Origin: an uncultured Gammaproteobacteria bacterium
GTDB taxonomy: Bacteria; Pseudomonadota; Gammaproteobacteria; JABCZS01
DNA: 64,000 nucleotides
NCBI GenBank assembly: GCA_963848305.1
Contig: CAWKDC010000001.1
Location: 1 to 64,000, forward strand
Direction: 5' to 3'
The position numbers were made by a program, and so were the translations under genes. Positions 46,816 through 55,477 of this stretch are shown in pieces. Position 1 is the first letter of the stretch. Each line of letters opens with the position of its first letter. The notes beneath the pieces were generated by a model. That model did no database searches. It saw only the letters and a program-made list of their open reading frames with translations, and was not told the origin of the DNA.

Positions 46816-48159
46816 ATGAAGACCGGAAATCACAAATTTGACCGCGGGACTGCATTAATACTCGCCACGGCCTGCATTGCCATGGCCATTTTAGCCACGT
46901 CTTGTGGTGGTGGGGCCGGCAGCAGCGCCACCGCTGATACAGCCTCCACAACAGGACTCTCGATAAGTCCCCCTACCGTGACCTTCGGCAGCCAAGCTGT
47001 TGGGACGGCAAGTGCGGCCCAGACCAACACCGTCACGAATGCGGGCAACTCGGCCGTGGGCATTTCCAGCATTGCGCTCGGAGGGACAAATCCCAGCGAC
47101 TTTGCACAATCCACTAACTGCGGCTCCACCGTTGCGGCGGGTGCCAGTTGCACAATCACCGTGACCTTCCAACCGACGGCGACGGGAACTCGCAGCGCCG
47201 AAGTAACTGTCACCGACAATGTCTCCCACAGCCCCCATAAGGTCAGCGTCAGCGGAACGGGTATGGCGTCTACTGTCACCCTATCTCCCACCAGCCTCAC
47301 TTTCGCCAGCCAAACCGTCGGCGCCGCCAGCGCGGCCCAGACCATCACGCTGAGCAACTCGGGCAACGCGGCCTTAAGTGTGACCAGCATCGCGGTCTCC
47401 GGCGCCAACGCCAGTGACTTTACAGAAACCAATAATTGCGGATCAAGCGTGGCGGCTGGAGCCAATTGCACGATCAGCGTTACCTTCAAGCCGGCCGCGG
47501 CAGGAGCTCGCACCGCCGCCATCTCCGTTACGGACAACGCTACCGGCGGCCCGCAGAGCGCGGTCCTTTCGGGCACCGGGGGGAGCACTACCGCCGCGGC
47601 CAGCGTTTCGCCCACCAGCCTGTCTTTTGGGAACGAAGCGGTGGACATGGTCAGCACCTCGCAAGTCGTTACCCTGAGCAACACAGGCAGCGCGGGCTTG
47701 GGCATCTCGAGCATCGCCTTTACGGGTGCTGATGCCGCCGACTTCACGGAGGTTGACACTTGCAGTCCCGCGGTGGCCGCAGGGAGCACTTGCACGATCG
47801 CAATTTTATTTACACCCGCCGCCAGCGGAACGCGCACGGCTACCTTGAGCATCGCCGACAATGCCACCGGCAGCCCGCAGTCCGTGTCGCTTTCGGGCTC
47901 GGGAACGCACGACGTAATGCTGTCTTGGACCGCCAGTTCGACTCCTGGGGTCATGGGCTATAACGTCTACCGGGGGACGACCTCCGGTGGAGAGAGTGCG
48001 GCACCGCTGAATTCCGCGCCGGTTTGCAATACCACATTTGCGGACGCGAATGTCACGGCAGGAGCGACGTACTACTATCACGTGACGGCCATAGCTGCGA
48101 ATGATGTTACGCAGAGCTCGGCCTCGAACGAAACGACTGCAACCGTCCCCACACCTTAA
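46816..48159 (+). CDS. Lipoprotein with three choice-of-anchor D/ASH Ig-like repeats and an Fn3-like C-terminal domain
   Basis: ILATSC lipobox-like; 3x SPxxxxFG...CTIxVxFxP...; VMLSW..GYNVYRG..YYYHVTA. Confidence 0.8.
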   Translation: MKTGNHKFDRGTALILATACIAMAILATSCGGGAGSSATADTASTTGLSISPPTVTFGSQAVGTASAAQTNTVTNAGNSAVGISSIALGGTNPSDFAQSTNCGSTVAAGASCTITVTFQPTATGTRSAEVTVTDNVSHSPHKVSVSGTGMASTVTLSPTSLTFASQTVGAASAAQTITLSNSGNAALSVTSIAVSGANASDFTETNNCGSSVAAGANCTISVTFKPAAAGARTAAISVTDNATGGPQSAVLSGTGGSTTAAASVSPTSLSFGNEAVDMVSTSQVVTLSNTGSAGLGISSIAFTGADAADFTEVDTCSPAVAAGSTCTIAILFTPAASGTRTATLSIADNATGSPQSVSLSGSGTHDVMLSWTASSTPGVMGYNVYRGTTSGGESAAPLNSAPVCNTTFADANVTAGATYYYHVTAIAANDVTQSSASNETTATVPTP

Positions 48160-48370
48160 CATCTGACACCAGTGAGCTTGATGTCGAACGCCAACTCCCC
48201 CGGCTGGTTGCCTGACCGACGTCAAGGGGAATTCACCCCTGCCGTCCTTTGCTTCTCTTAGCGGACCCCCGTCCACGGACCGCCAATTCGTGGTAATTTG
48301 TACAAGCTTCCTTATACTCCGCCCGCACTGATCCGACTTAGATCAGGAGAGTGCCGGCGAGATCCTTACC

Positions 48371-49927
48371 ATGGGGATGAAAGGTATGAGCAAAGGACAG
48401 AAAGTGGCGATCTTTGACACAACGCTGAGGGATGGCGAGCAAGCGGCTGGGTCGAGGCTCAGCAGCCCCGATAAGCTCACGCTGGCGCGGCAGTTAGCCC
48501 GACTGAAAGTCGACGTCATCGAGGCCGGATATCCCGCTTCTTCGCCCGAAGACTTCGAGGCCGTCAAGCGGATCGCGCAGGAGATTGACGGCCCGGTGAT
48601 CTGCGGTTTGTCGCGTGCCGTGCCCGAGGACATTGAGGCCTGCGGCAAGGCGCTGGCGAGGGCCAAAAGGCCCCGCATCCATACCGGCATCGGCGTTTCG
48701 GATATTCACATCATGGGGAAATTCCGCGACGAGAAATACGGCAAGACGCTCGGTGAGAAGAAGGTCAAAATGATGCAGATGGCAGTGGAGGCGGTCAAGC
48801 GGGCTCGCAGCCACGCCGATGACGTGGAGTTCTACGCCGAAGACTCCGGCCGCGCCGAGCCGGCGTACCTCTACGAAATCCTCGAGGCCGCCATTGATGC
48901 CGGCGCCACCGTCGTCAACATTCCCGATACCACCGGCTACGCGGTGCCGGAGCAGTACGGAGCACTGATTCGGGGCATTGCCGAGAACGTCCGCAACATC
49001 CAAAGCGCCACCATCAGCGTCCACTGCCATGACGACCTGGGCATGGCGGTTGCCAACTCGCTCGCGGGCATCCGCAACGGCGCCCGCCAGGTGGAGGGTA
49101 CCATCAATGGAGTCGGAGAACGGGCGGGCAACGCCGCGCTGGAAGAGATCGTCATGGCCCTCCGCACGCGAGCCGACTTCTTTGGGGTGTCTACCGGCAT
49201 CGACACCCGCGAACTGTATCGCACTAGCCGCCTGGTATCCGATCTGCTCGGCACGGTGGTTCCGCCCAATAAAGCCGTGGTGGGCGGAAATGCGTTCTCG
49301 CACAGCTCGGGAATCCACGTGGATGGATTTCTGAAAGACCGGGAGACTTACGAGATCATGCGCCCGGAGGACGTCGGCCTGGCGCAGAGCCACGTGGTTT
49401 TGACGGCGCGCACCGGACGCGCCGGGTTGCGCGCGCGCCTGGAAAAGCTGGGGCACAAGCTTTCCAAAGAGGATCTGGACGTCATCTATCAGCGCTTTCT
49501 GGCCGTGGCGGACAAGAAACTCGAGGTTTTCGACGAGGACCTGGTTGCCATCGTGCGCGACGAATTACACCCGGTGCCCGAAGTCTGGCAGCTCGAATAC
49601 TTGCACGTTTCCAGCGGTACTTCGGCCATCCCCACCGCCACCCTGCGCTTGCGCGTCCATGGGGACGTGCGGGAGGGGGCCGCGATCGGAAACGGTCCCG
49701 TAGACGCCGTCTATAAAGCGATCACGGCACTGGCGGGAGACTCTGTCCGACTGGTGCGCTACGACATTCACGCCGTGACGGGCGGCACGGGAGCCATGGG
49801 CGAAGTAACCGTGCAGCTCGAAAAAGGGGAGCGGCGGGTCGTGGGGCGGGGCGCATCCACTGACGTGATTGAAGCGAGTGCCAAAGCGTACCTGGACGGG
49901 CTCAATCGATTGGCGAGCCTCGGCTAG
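48371..49927 (+). CDS. leuA: 2-isopropylmalate synthase
   Basis: IFDTTLRDGEQ, HCHDDLG, GVGERAGNA, HSSGIH and the C-terminal regulatory domain (GNGPVDA). Confidence 0.9.
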   Translation: MGMKGMSKGQKVAIFDTTLRDGEQAAGSRLSSPDKLTLARQLARLKVDVIEAGYPASSPEDFEAVKRIAQEIDGPVICGLSRAVPEDIEACGKALARAKRPRIHTGIGVSDIHIMGKFRDEKYGKTLGEKKVKMMQMAVEAVKRARSHADDVEFYAEDSGRAEPAYLYEILEAAIDAGATVVNIPDTTGYAVPEQYGALIRGIAENVRNIQSATISVHCHDDLGMAVANSLAGIRNGARQVEGTINGVGERAGNAALEEIVMALRTRADFFGVSTGIDTRELYRTSRLVSDLLGTVVPPNKAVVGGNAFSHSSGIHVDGFLKDRETYEIMRPEDVGLAQSHVVLTARTGRAGLRARLEKLGHKLSKEDLDVIYQRFLAVADKKLEVFDEDLVAIVRDELHPVPEVWQLEYLHVSSGTSAIPTATLRLRVHGDVREGAAIGNGPVDAVYKAITALAGDSVRLVRYDIHAVTGGTGAMGEVTVQLEKGERRVVGRGASTDVIEASAKAYLDGLNRLASLG

Positions 49928-50145
49928 AAGGCCGGACGTCGGGGTTTCCATGGCGCCGTCCTCGGGTCAAGCGAAATCATACGAAAGGGGAAACTTCCGG
50001 AAACGAAGGCTACCCGACAGTTATCGGTGAACGCTGGGCGACTACCGAGGAGTTATTTCCCCGAACCCCGTATCCGCGGAGTTTGCATACTTGCTGGTAG
50101 TAAGGGCGTTTTCCCACGCGGAATCCGCATTTAGGGTAGGTGCTG

Positions 50146-50487
50146 CTATCCGGCGAGCCTGCGGAAGGTAGGGTGTTCGCTCCCCGCTGTGGTCGCCGCT
50201 GGAGTCTTGCGGTAGACGAAAACGATTTTGCCGGACTCGGGGACGGCGTCACGGTCGGGCTGAACGCCGCGGTCGTTCACCAGGTGGGCGAACACGGCTT
50301 GGGCGGCGTCGGTGGTGTAGGCTTCGCGATAGGTTAACTCATCGCCCAGATCGGCCTCCCGGTGCCGCTGGAAGAACGGCCCGCGCGCATCTTTGGCCGT
50401 CCCTACGCACCATTCCTCGCACGCACCCCCGTGTTTCCGAATGTGCCCTTCCATGTCTTCAATAATTTCCTGACGGTTGATAGGCAT
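50146..50487 (-). CDS. Hypothetical protein
   Basis: 113-aa ORF with ATG and a purine-rich leader. Confidence 0.55.
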   Translation of the reverse strand: MPINRQEIIEDMEGHIRKHGGACEEWCVGTAKDARGPFFQRHREADLGDELTYREAYTTDAAQAVFAHLVNDRGVQPDRDAVPESGKIVFVYRKTPAATTAGSEHPTFRRLAG

Positions 50488-50652
50488 AATCGTAGCCTTT
50501 CTCTTCAGTTTTAAATCTTGAATCTGCCCCTCGCCCCTTGTCAGTCGTTACTCGCCACTAGTTCTTGGGCGTTTCACATTTGCAAACATGTGAACGCTCG
50601 TCGTATTGGGAGCCGCGGAGTAGTTCTGAGATAGGCGCAACGCGCTACCCGC

Positions 50653-50809
50653 CTTCTCCGAAAAAAAATTCCGGCAGAAATTGGACTACATGCACAAGAA
50701 CCCGGTGACGCGCGGCCTGGTGATCTCTCCCGGTGATTGGCCGTGGTCAAGCTGGAGGTTCTACTATTCACAGGATGCATCGATTCTCCGCATGGACCGG
50801 ATGCGTTGA
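50653..50809 (+). pseudogene. 3' fragment of the RAYT transposase
   Basis: Near-identical to 53722-53878 (FSEKK..KLDYMH.NPV..WPWSSWRFY..LRMDRMR*). Confidence 0.88.
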
Positions 50810-50825
50810 GTCCAACTTTCGAGAA

Positions 50826-50881
50826 GTCCCTTCGGGAGATCGCAGACTTCAAAGAGCCGGAGTCTGCCAGCCCCCGTGTCT
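50826..50881. repeat. RAYT right-flank REP, copy 2
   Basis: gtcccttcgggagatcgcagacttcaaagagccggagtctgccagcccccgtgtct matches 53895-53951. Confidence 0.85.
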
Positions 50882-50950
50882 TGCAGCATTTCGACATTGA
50901 AGGTTACTAAGCAAGATTATGTTATGATCCCAGGAACCATCGGCTTGGCA

Positions 50951-50986
50951 CGCAGACACACATCAAGAGCAATGCGCCAGCCGGCC
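50951..50986. repeat. Degenerate REP facing the RHS cassette
   Basis: cgcagacac...gcgccagccggcc; the last 13 nt are the exact reverse complement of 53228-53240. Confidence 0.65.
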
Positions 50987-51029
50987 GGAAGCCCTGGAGC
51001 TGCATATTAGTGCCACAGGGCGGGAGAGG

Positions 51030-51563
51030 TCATTTCGTGATCGTCACGTCACTAACGGACTTGAGGATCAGTCGAGTCTGATACAACGTACTGGGCGTGA
51101 ACCCATAGCCTTTCCTGACGACGGTCTTGCCAGTCTTATCCGTCACTGTCAATTTGTCTGGACCGTCGAACCGTCCGACGAGCGTCGCGAATACTCGGCC
51201 TTCTGGAGGCTTAGAGGACGGGCCGATCTGCAGTCCCCACCCGTACTTCGAAAGCGCTTCGTCCAACTTCTTGAGATTCTCATCTTTCAATAGACTGAAT
51301 TCAGGGCGGTCCGAGTCTCGCACGAGGTCCGGGGAATAGAGCGCGACGGCCGCCCCTTTGTGGTCGCACTCCGCCAGGAGGACAGAAATCTCGAATGCCG
51401 CGTAGACTTGCGTGCGAATGCGAACCATTTTCCCGCTAAAGGCCGCCGGGTTCCGAACGAGCTCGCACACCGTGGTGTCAATGGGGTTCATAGCCGCCCT
51501 GTCGGGCAACGCACAAATTCCGAGCGCCACGATCGCCAATAGAATCGTTCTCAATGTGGACAT
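51030..51563 (-). CDS. Putative periplasmic immunity protein (OB-fold-like)
   Basis: 17 nt downstream of the RHS toxin stop; signal peptide; TVCELVRNPAAFSGKMVRIR. Confidence 0.65.
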   Translation of the reverse strand: MSTLRTILLAIVALGICALPDRAAMNPIDTTVCELVRNPAAFSGKMVRIRTQVYAAFEISVLLAECDHKGAAVALYSPDLVRDSDRPEFSLLKDENLKKLDEALSKYGWGLQIGPSSKPPEGRVFATLVGRFDGPDKLTVTDKTGKTVVRKGYGFTPSTLYQTRLILKSVSDVTITK

Positions 51564-51580
51564 GTGATCTCCCTTCCCGC

Positions 51581-53227
51581 CTACTGCTGCTCCCAGGGGT
51601 CATGATAGGGCAATGGGTCAACAAAGATCTTGCCGGGATTCAGACGAGGGTACGTACCCATGATCAGATTCGATGTGCCAGCATCGTTGAAACCTCGGCC
51701 ACTCGTAAAGATAGTGTAGCCGCCAGCCGAAAGACCGGACAGGCCAAGCCCTTGTGCCACCCAAGCGGACGTTTCATACCCGCGATACTCGAACGAGAAG
51801 TCCGGCAGCGGGGCCGTCGAACTCCTTGGATCGAGATTGTCCATCACGTGGGTTCCCTCGTGGCCAGCATTTATCGCCATGATGGTTTCGTTTGGATTCT
51901 TGCTCATGTCGAACGTAACTGCTGAGCCGACCGTTGCAGCAGCACCTAGCCCGCGCAGGTCGCCGGTCGTGACGGTCACTCCGTTATCATCGCCTGCCTT
52001 GCCATAGGTCTTCAGAACTGCATCGAGCCTCGCACGCTCCTCGCTGCCCTTTCCGAAGCTGTTTCTCGCCGCTTTTATGTCGTCCAACGAATCCTTAAAC
52101 TCTTTCTTGAAAGCCTTGAAATCAGCGTTACACTGTTTGTCAGATTTCTCGCAAGGGTTCTTGAAATCGTAGAGCCCGGTGGGATCGACGCGAGTGGTGG
52201 GATTATTCCGGACATAAGCATACATATTCCAGGTCTGGGGGTCGCTGGGGTCGGCAGCGGCCAGGCCTGCCGGGTCGGGGGTGAGCCAGCGGCCGGCCAG
52301 GTCGTCATAGACCCGGTGCGGGGCCAATTTAAAATCGCCATCCCCCTCCTGAAACGCCGCCCACTCCCACTCCCATAAATTACCGGCCGTTTGCCACAAC
52401 TGACCCCAGGGGTACCACAGTAAGTCCTCGGTCCAGTTCCCCAGATGGTTGGTGTCCTGGGTTGCGGAACCGAGAAAGTTGGGGTGCTGAAGATAGGTCT
52501 CGTTGTTGTCACGGGAATATGCTGCGATTTTCCGCCCCCCCGCTCGTACCTGGTCCACCCACAAGCTGCTGCCGTCGGCGTTCCCCAGCCAATCACCATT
52601 GGGAGCGAACAATGCGGACATGTTGGTCCACGGCACGGCATAGTAGACCTCTTGGCCGAAGGCATTATAAACTGCGCTGGAATTGGTTTCCCGCCCCTCG
52701 CCATCCCAGGAGAAGCTATTCGTGCCGTCACTGGTCAGATTCCCCGCGGCGTCGTAGCTGAAGCCGTCAATGCGATTCGGGTAATTGTTGTAAGTCAATA
52801 CCGGGCAAGGGCCGTTCGTAGACCCGTTCATCAAGCAGGTCATGTTGCCGTAGGCGTCATAGCCAAAGGCGAGGTTATACGTGCTGTTGCCGCTCGCCTG
52901 CGCGCAAGCCAGGCGATTCACGCCGTCATAGACATACAAGGCCGAGTGGCTCATCGTGCTGTTCACCGCGTCCGTGAAAGTATAACCAATCACGTCGCCG
53001 TTGTTGCCGCTCCCGGACGCGGACACGGGGCAGCCGGGCGGCGTACTGCCGCCGGGCAAAGAGTAATTATACCCCAGTGTATAGTACGCTCCGGGGTTGC
53101 CGCTGGTGCCCAACTGAATCTGGGTCGGCTGCATCCGGTTATTGTAGGAGTAGGTTTCCTGGCTGTTCGTGCACCCGGAACCCGCGCAGCCGTTGGTGAG
53201 ACCGCTTAGCGCCCCCCAGGGAGTGTA
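51581..53227 (-). CDS. Orphan RHS C-terminal module with HExxH toxin domain (N-terminally truncated at a REP)
   Basis: YDGVNRL and YDAAGNLT repeats; GRWLTPDP..WNMYAYVRNNPTTRVDPTG; AGHEGTH...FEYRGY. Confidence 0.85.
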   Translation of the reverse strand, partial: YTPWGALSGLTNGCAGSGCTNSQETYSYNNRMQPTQIQLGTSGNPGAYYTLGYNYSLPGGSTPPGCPVSASGSGNNGDVIGYTFTDAVNSTMSHSALYVYDGVNRLACAQASGNSTYNLAFGYDAYGNMTCLMNGSTNGPCPVLTYNNYPNRIDGFSYDAAGNLTSDGTNSFSWDGEGRETNSSAVYNAFGQEVYYAVPWTNMSALFAPNGDWLGNADGSSLWVDQVRAGGRKIAAYSRDNNETYLQHPNFLGSATQDTNHLGNWTEDLLWYPWGQLWQTAGNLWEWEWAAFQEGDGDFKLAPHRVYDDLAGRWLTPDPAGLAAADPSDPQTWNMYAYVRNNPTTRVDPTGLYDFKNPCEKSDKQCNADFKAFKKEFKDSLDDIKAARNSFGKGSEERARLDAVLKTYGKAGDDNGVTVTTGDLRGLGAAATVGSAVTFDMSKNPNETIMAINAGHEGTHVMDNLDPRSSTAPLPDFSFEYRGYETSAWVAQGLGLSGLSAGGYTIFTSGRGFNDAGTSNLIMGTYPRLNPGKIFVDPLPYHDPWEQQ

Positions 53228-53281
53228 GGCCGGCTGGCGCTCAGACACCCGTTCTTTGGTGTCTGCGATTCCCGAAGGGAC
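53228..53281. repeat. RAYT left-flank REP
   Basis: ggctggcgctcagacacccgttctttggtgtctgcgattcccgaagggac; imperfect reverse complement of the right flank. Confidence 0.82.
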
Positions 53282-53326
53282 GTTCTCTTCCGGCCCCGCA
53301 CCGTCGAGAGTATACTCTTCTGCGCC

Positions 53327-53878
53327 ATGCCCTTCTACCACCGCGTTTACAGTCCCGGTGAACTGCAATTCATCACCACCAGCACCTATCGCCGCACGCC
53401 CCTTTTCCTCTCGGATCGCTTTCGGCGCTGCTTTGTCCAGAGGCTGGAGGAGGTGCGGCAGGAATTACATTTCCTGCTCGTCGGCTGGGTTCTGATGCCC
53501 GAGCATTTTCATATGCTGATCAAGCCCGAGCCCGCCGAAACCACTCCCCTGATTATGAAGGGGCTCAAGGAGGAATCGGCCAAGCGCATCATCAGAACAC
53601 TTCGGGAAAACCTTCGGTATCCTTGGTGCCGGAAGACGCTCGCCAGGCTGCGGCTGCCCTCCACGGTTCACGATGAATCACACTACCGCCTCTGGCAGCG
53701 CCGCTTTTACCCCTTCAATGTCTTCTCCGAAAAAAAATTCCAGCAGAAATTGGACTACATGCACAACAACCCGGTGACGCGCGGGCTGGTGAGTTCCCCC
53801 GGCGACTGGCCGTGGTCAAGCTGGAGGTTCTACTATTTGCAGGATGCGTCAATTCTCCGCATGGATCGGATGCGCTGA
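53327..53878 (+). CDS. REP-associated tyrosine transposase (RAYT, HUH/Y1)
   Basis: FITTSTY, VLMPEHFH (HUH), LWQRRF, YMHNNPV (catalytic Tyr) and WPWSS; flanked by inverted REPs. Confidence 0.92.
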   Translation: MPFYHRVYSPGELQFITTSTYRRTPLFLSDRFRRCFVQRLEEVRQELHFLLVGWVLMPEHFHMLIKPEPAETTPLIMKGLKEESAKRIIRTLRENLRYPWCRKTLARLRLPSTVHDESHYRLWQRRFYPFNVFSEKKFQQKLDYMHNNPVTRGLVSSPGDWPWSSWRFYYLQDASILRMDRMR

Positions 53879-53894
53879 GCTCAACTTACCAGAA

Positions 53895-53951
53895 GTCCCT
53901 TCGGGAGATCGCAGACTCCAAAGAGCCGAAGTCTGCGCCAGCCCCGTGTCT
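53895..53951. repeat. RAYT right-flank REP
   Basis: gtcccttcgggagatcgcagactccaaagagccgaagtctgcgccagccccgtgtct. Confidence 0.85.
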
Positions 53952-54217
53952 GGAAATGGTTGAGTGATCTTTACAATCGTGCCTGAGAGAGCCGGCGCGG
54001 CGATCTCCGCGGCAATCTTCCCGGCTGCCAGCCTACCCATCAAGTCCTGACCGAGGCTCACGAACAACGAAAATGGAATAAGGAATTTGACCGAGGCGCT
54101 AAGCCAAAGCCAGTAGCGGACTTGGGCGCGATTCTTGCGGAAGGCGAGCGTCAGCAGCCCCACCACAACCGCAAACACCGTTGATTGCCACAAATGGTTC
54201 GTCACCTCAGCGATCAT
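53952..54217 (-). pseudogene. BlaR1/M56 peptidase N-terminal fragment, truncated at the RAYT right end
   Basis: NHLWQSTVFA..RAQVRYWLWLSASVKFLIPFS; no HExxH domain follows. Confidence 0.8.
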
Positions 54218-54614
54218 TTCGATTCATGCTTCCTTTCTGCTTGTGTTCGAGATCAAGCTTCTTGATGGTCTTCTCCAACTCTCGAACGTCATCAAGGGTG
54301 AGCTTCCCCGCTTCGGCCAACTGCGCCATCATGGGTTGAGCCTGCCCTCCGAAGAAACTCAGAATGTCGTCAAGGAGCCGGCGGCGTGCCACGTCCCGGG
54401 GCACCGTCGGTTCGAAAATATGAGCGTTGCCGATCTTCCGGACTCGGCGCACTGCCTTCTTGCCCTCCAGCCGGTACACCGTGGTCTGGATGGTGGTGTA
54501 TGCCGGCCGAGGCTCCGGAAACGACTCCTGGATCTCCCGAATGGCTGCCTTTCCATGGGTCCATAGGACTTCGAGGATTTGGAGTTCGAGCTTGGTCAAT
54601 TTTGGTCGGGCCAT
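54207..54614 (-). CDS. BlaI/MecI/CopY family repressor
   Basis: LTKLELQILEVLW, AYTTIQTTVYRLEGK and FFGGQAQPMMAQL motifs. Confidence 0.9.
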   Translation of the reverse strand: MARPKLTKLELQILEVLWTHGKAAIREIQESFPEPRPAYTTIQTTVYRLEGKKAVRRVRKIGNAHIFEPTVPRDVARRRLLDDILSFFGGQAQPMMAQLAEAGKLTLDDVRELEKTIKKLDLEHKQKGSMNRNDR

Positions 54615-54638
54615 GTGCCTTCTACTATTCTCCATCTA

Positions 54639-54666
54639 AAATTACTACAATATAGTAGTATGTCAA
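54639..54666 (-). promoter_or_regulatory. Sigma70 promoter with a BlaI-type operator TACTAC-N6-GTAGTA in the spacer
   Basis: Minus strand TTGACA (54666-54661), 16 nt, TAATTT; palindrome at 54643-54660. Confidence 0.7.
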
Positions 54667-54961
54667 GAAAAATATTTTGCGACCTTGGAGGGCGATTGGT
54701 CGCCCGCTCGAAGCTGATCGACACTCCCGCTGATTACTCCTGCGTGGTCGCCCAGCGTCTACCGATCCATGGAAATCTGGGCGGATCACGGCCACTCGGA
54801 AGCTATTCCGGTCAAGTCCCCTTCGAGGAGGTTTGTCCTGGCAGAGCACTCGCCGGATTAATCGCGAGTAACGGCGTACGGTAGAGCGGTCGCCCAGTTC
54901 CCGCCTCGCGCAGTCTGCACCTATTATCGGCAATACGCCGCCAGCCGGCTGTAGCGTCATC

Positions 54962-55264
54962 TAAGCCGTTAACCTAGGGATTGGAAGCGCCCCAAAGCCC
55001 GCGATGCGGGCGTGATCATGTCGCCATGGGAAAAACGTAGGGGAACATGTTCTGAGCCCCGGAGGGGGCGACATCGGGCCCCGTTGGTGGGGAATCAAGC
55101 ACGGTCGGCGGCAGGTTTTGGCCAGAAGAATTCACCGATGCCGCCCCTACGGGGCTGACGAGGCCCGCATGGCATCAGCATCCCACGGCTGGCTAGCCGT
55201 GGGCTACAGGATGTCGCCACTGCCGCGGCTTTGGATCAGACCACTTCCCTTGGGTTGACGCTTA
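54962..55264. mobile_element. Non-autonomous palindromic element (nested hairpins with imperfect terminal IRs)
   Basis: taagccgttaacctaggga / tcccttgggttgacgctta; internal agccccggagggggcgacatc / gatgccgcccctacggggct and cccacggct..agccgtggg; no TSD seen. Confidence 0.55.
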
Positions 55265-55477
55265 TTGGCCGGTTGGCCTGGGCATTGTTAGGACGCCCAT
55301 TTGGGGCTGGGAAGTACGAACGTCTATGTCGAATTCACTCCATCAAATTAGGACATCACCGGATGCCCCAATAATTTGACAATCGCGGAAACTGGCTTTA
55401 TCAATAATAGGGCTGGAATTTCAGGCAAGTCCTTCCGATAAAAGAAAATCCAGACTGACAATAGAGCGGAGGTTTTT

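Noticed and set aside
48160-48370. Leucine attenuator or riboswitch upstream of leuA
   Set aside because: No Leu-rich leader peptide or terminator with a U-tract recognised
53228-53368. First ~47 codons of ORF 51581-53368 as genuine RHS sequence
   Set aside because: They are REP and antisense RAYT DNA; RHS-like sequence starts at YTPWG
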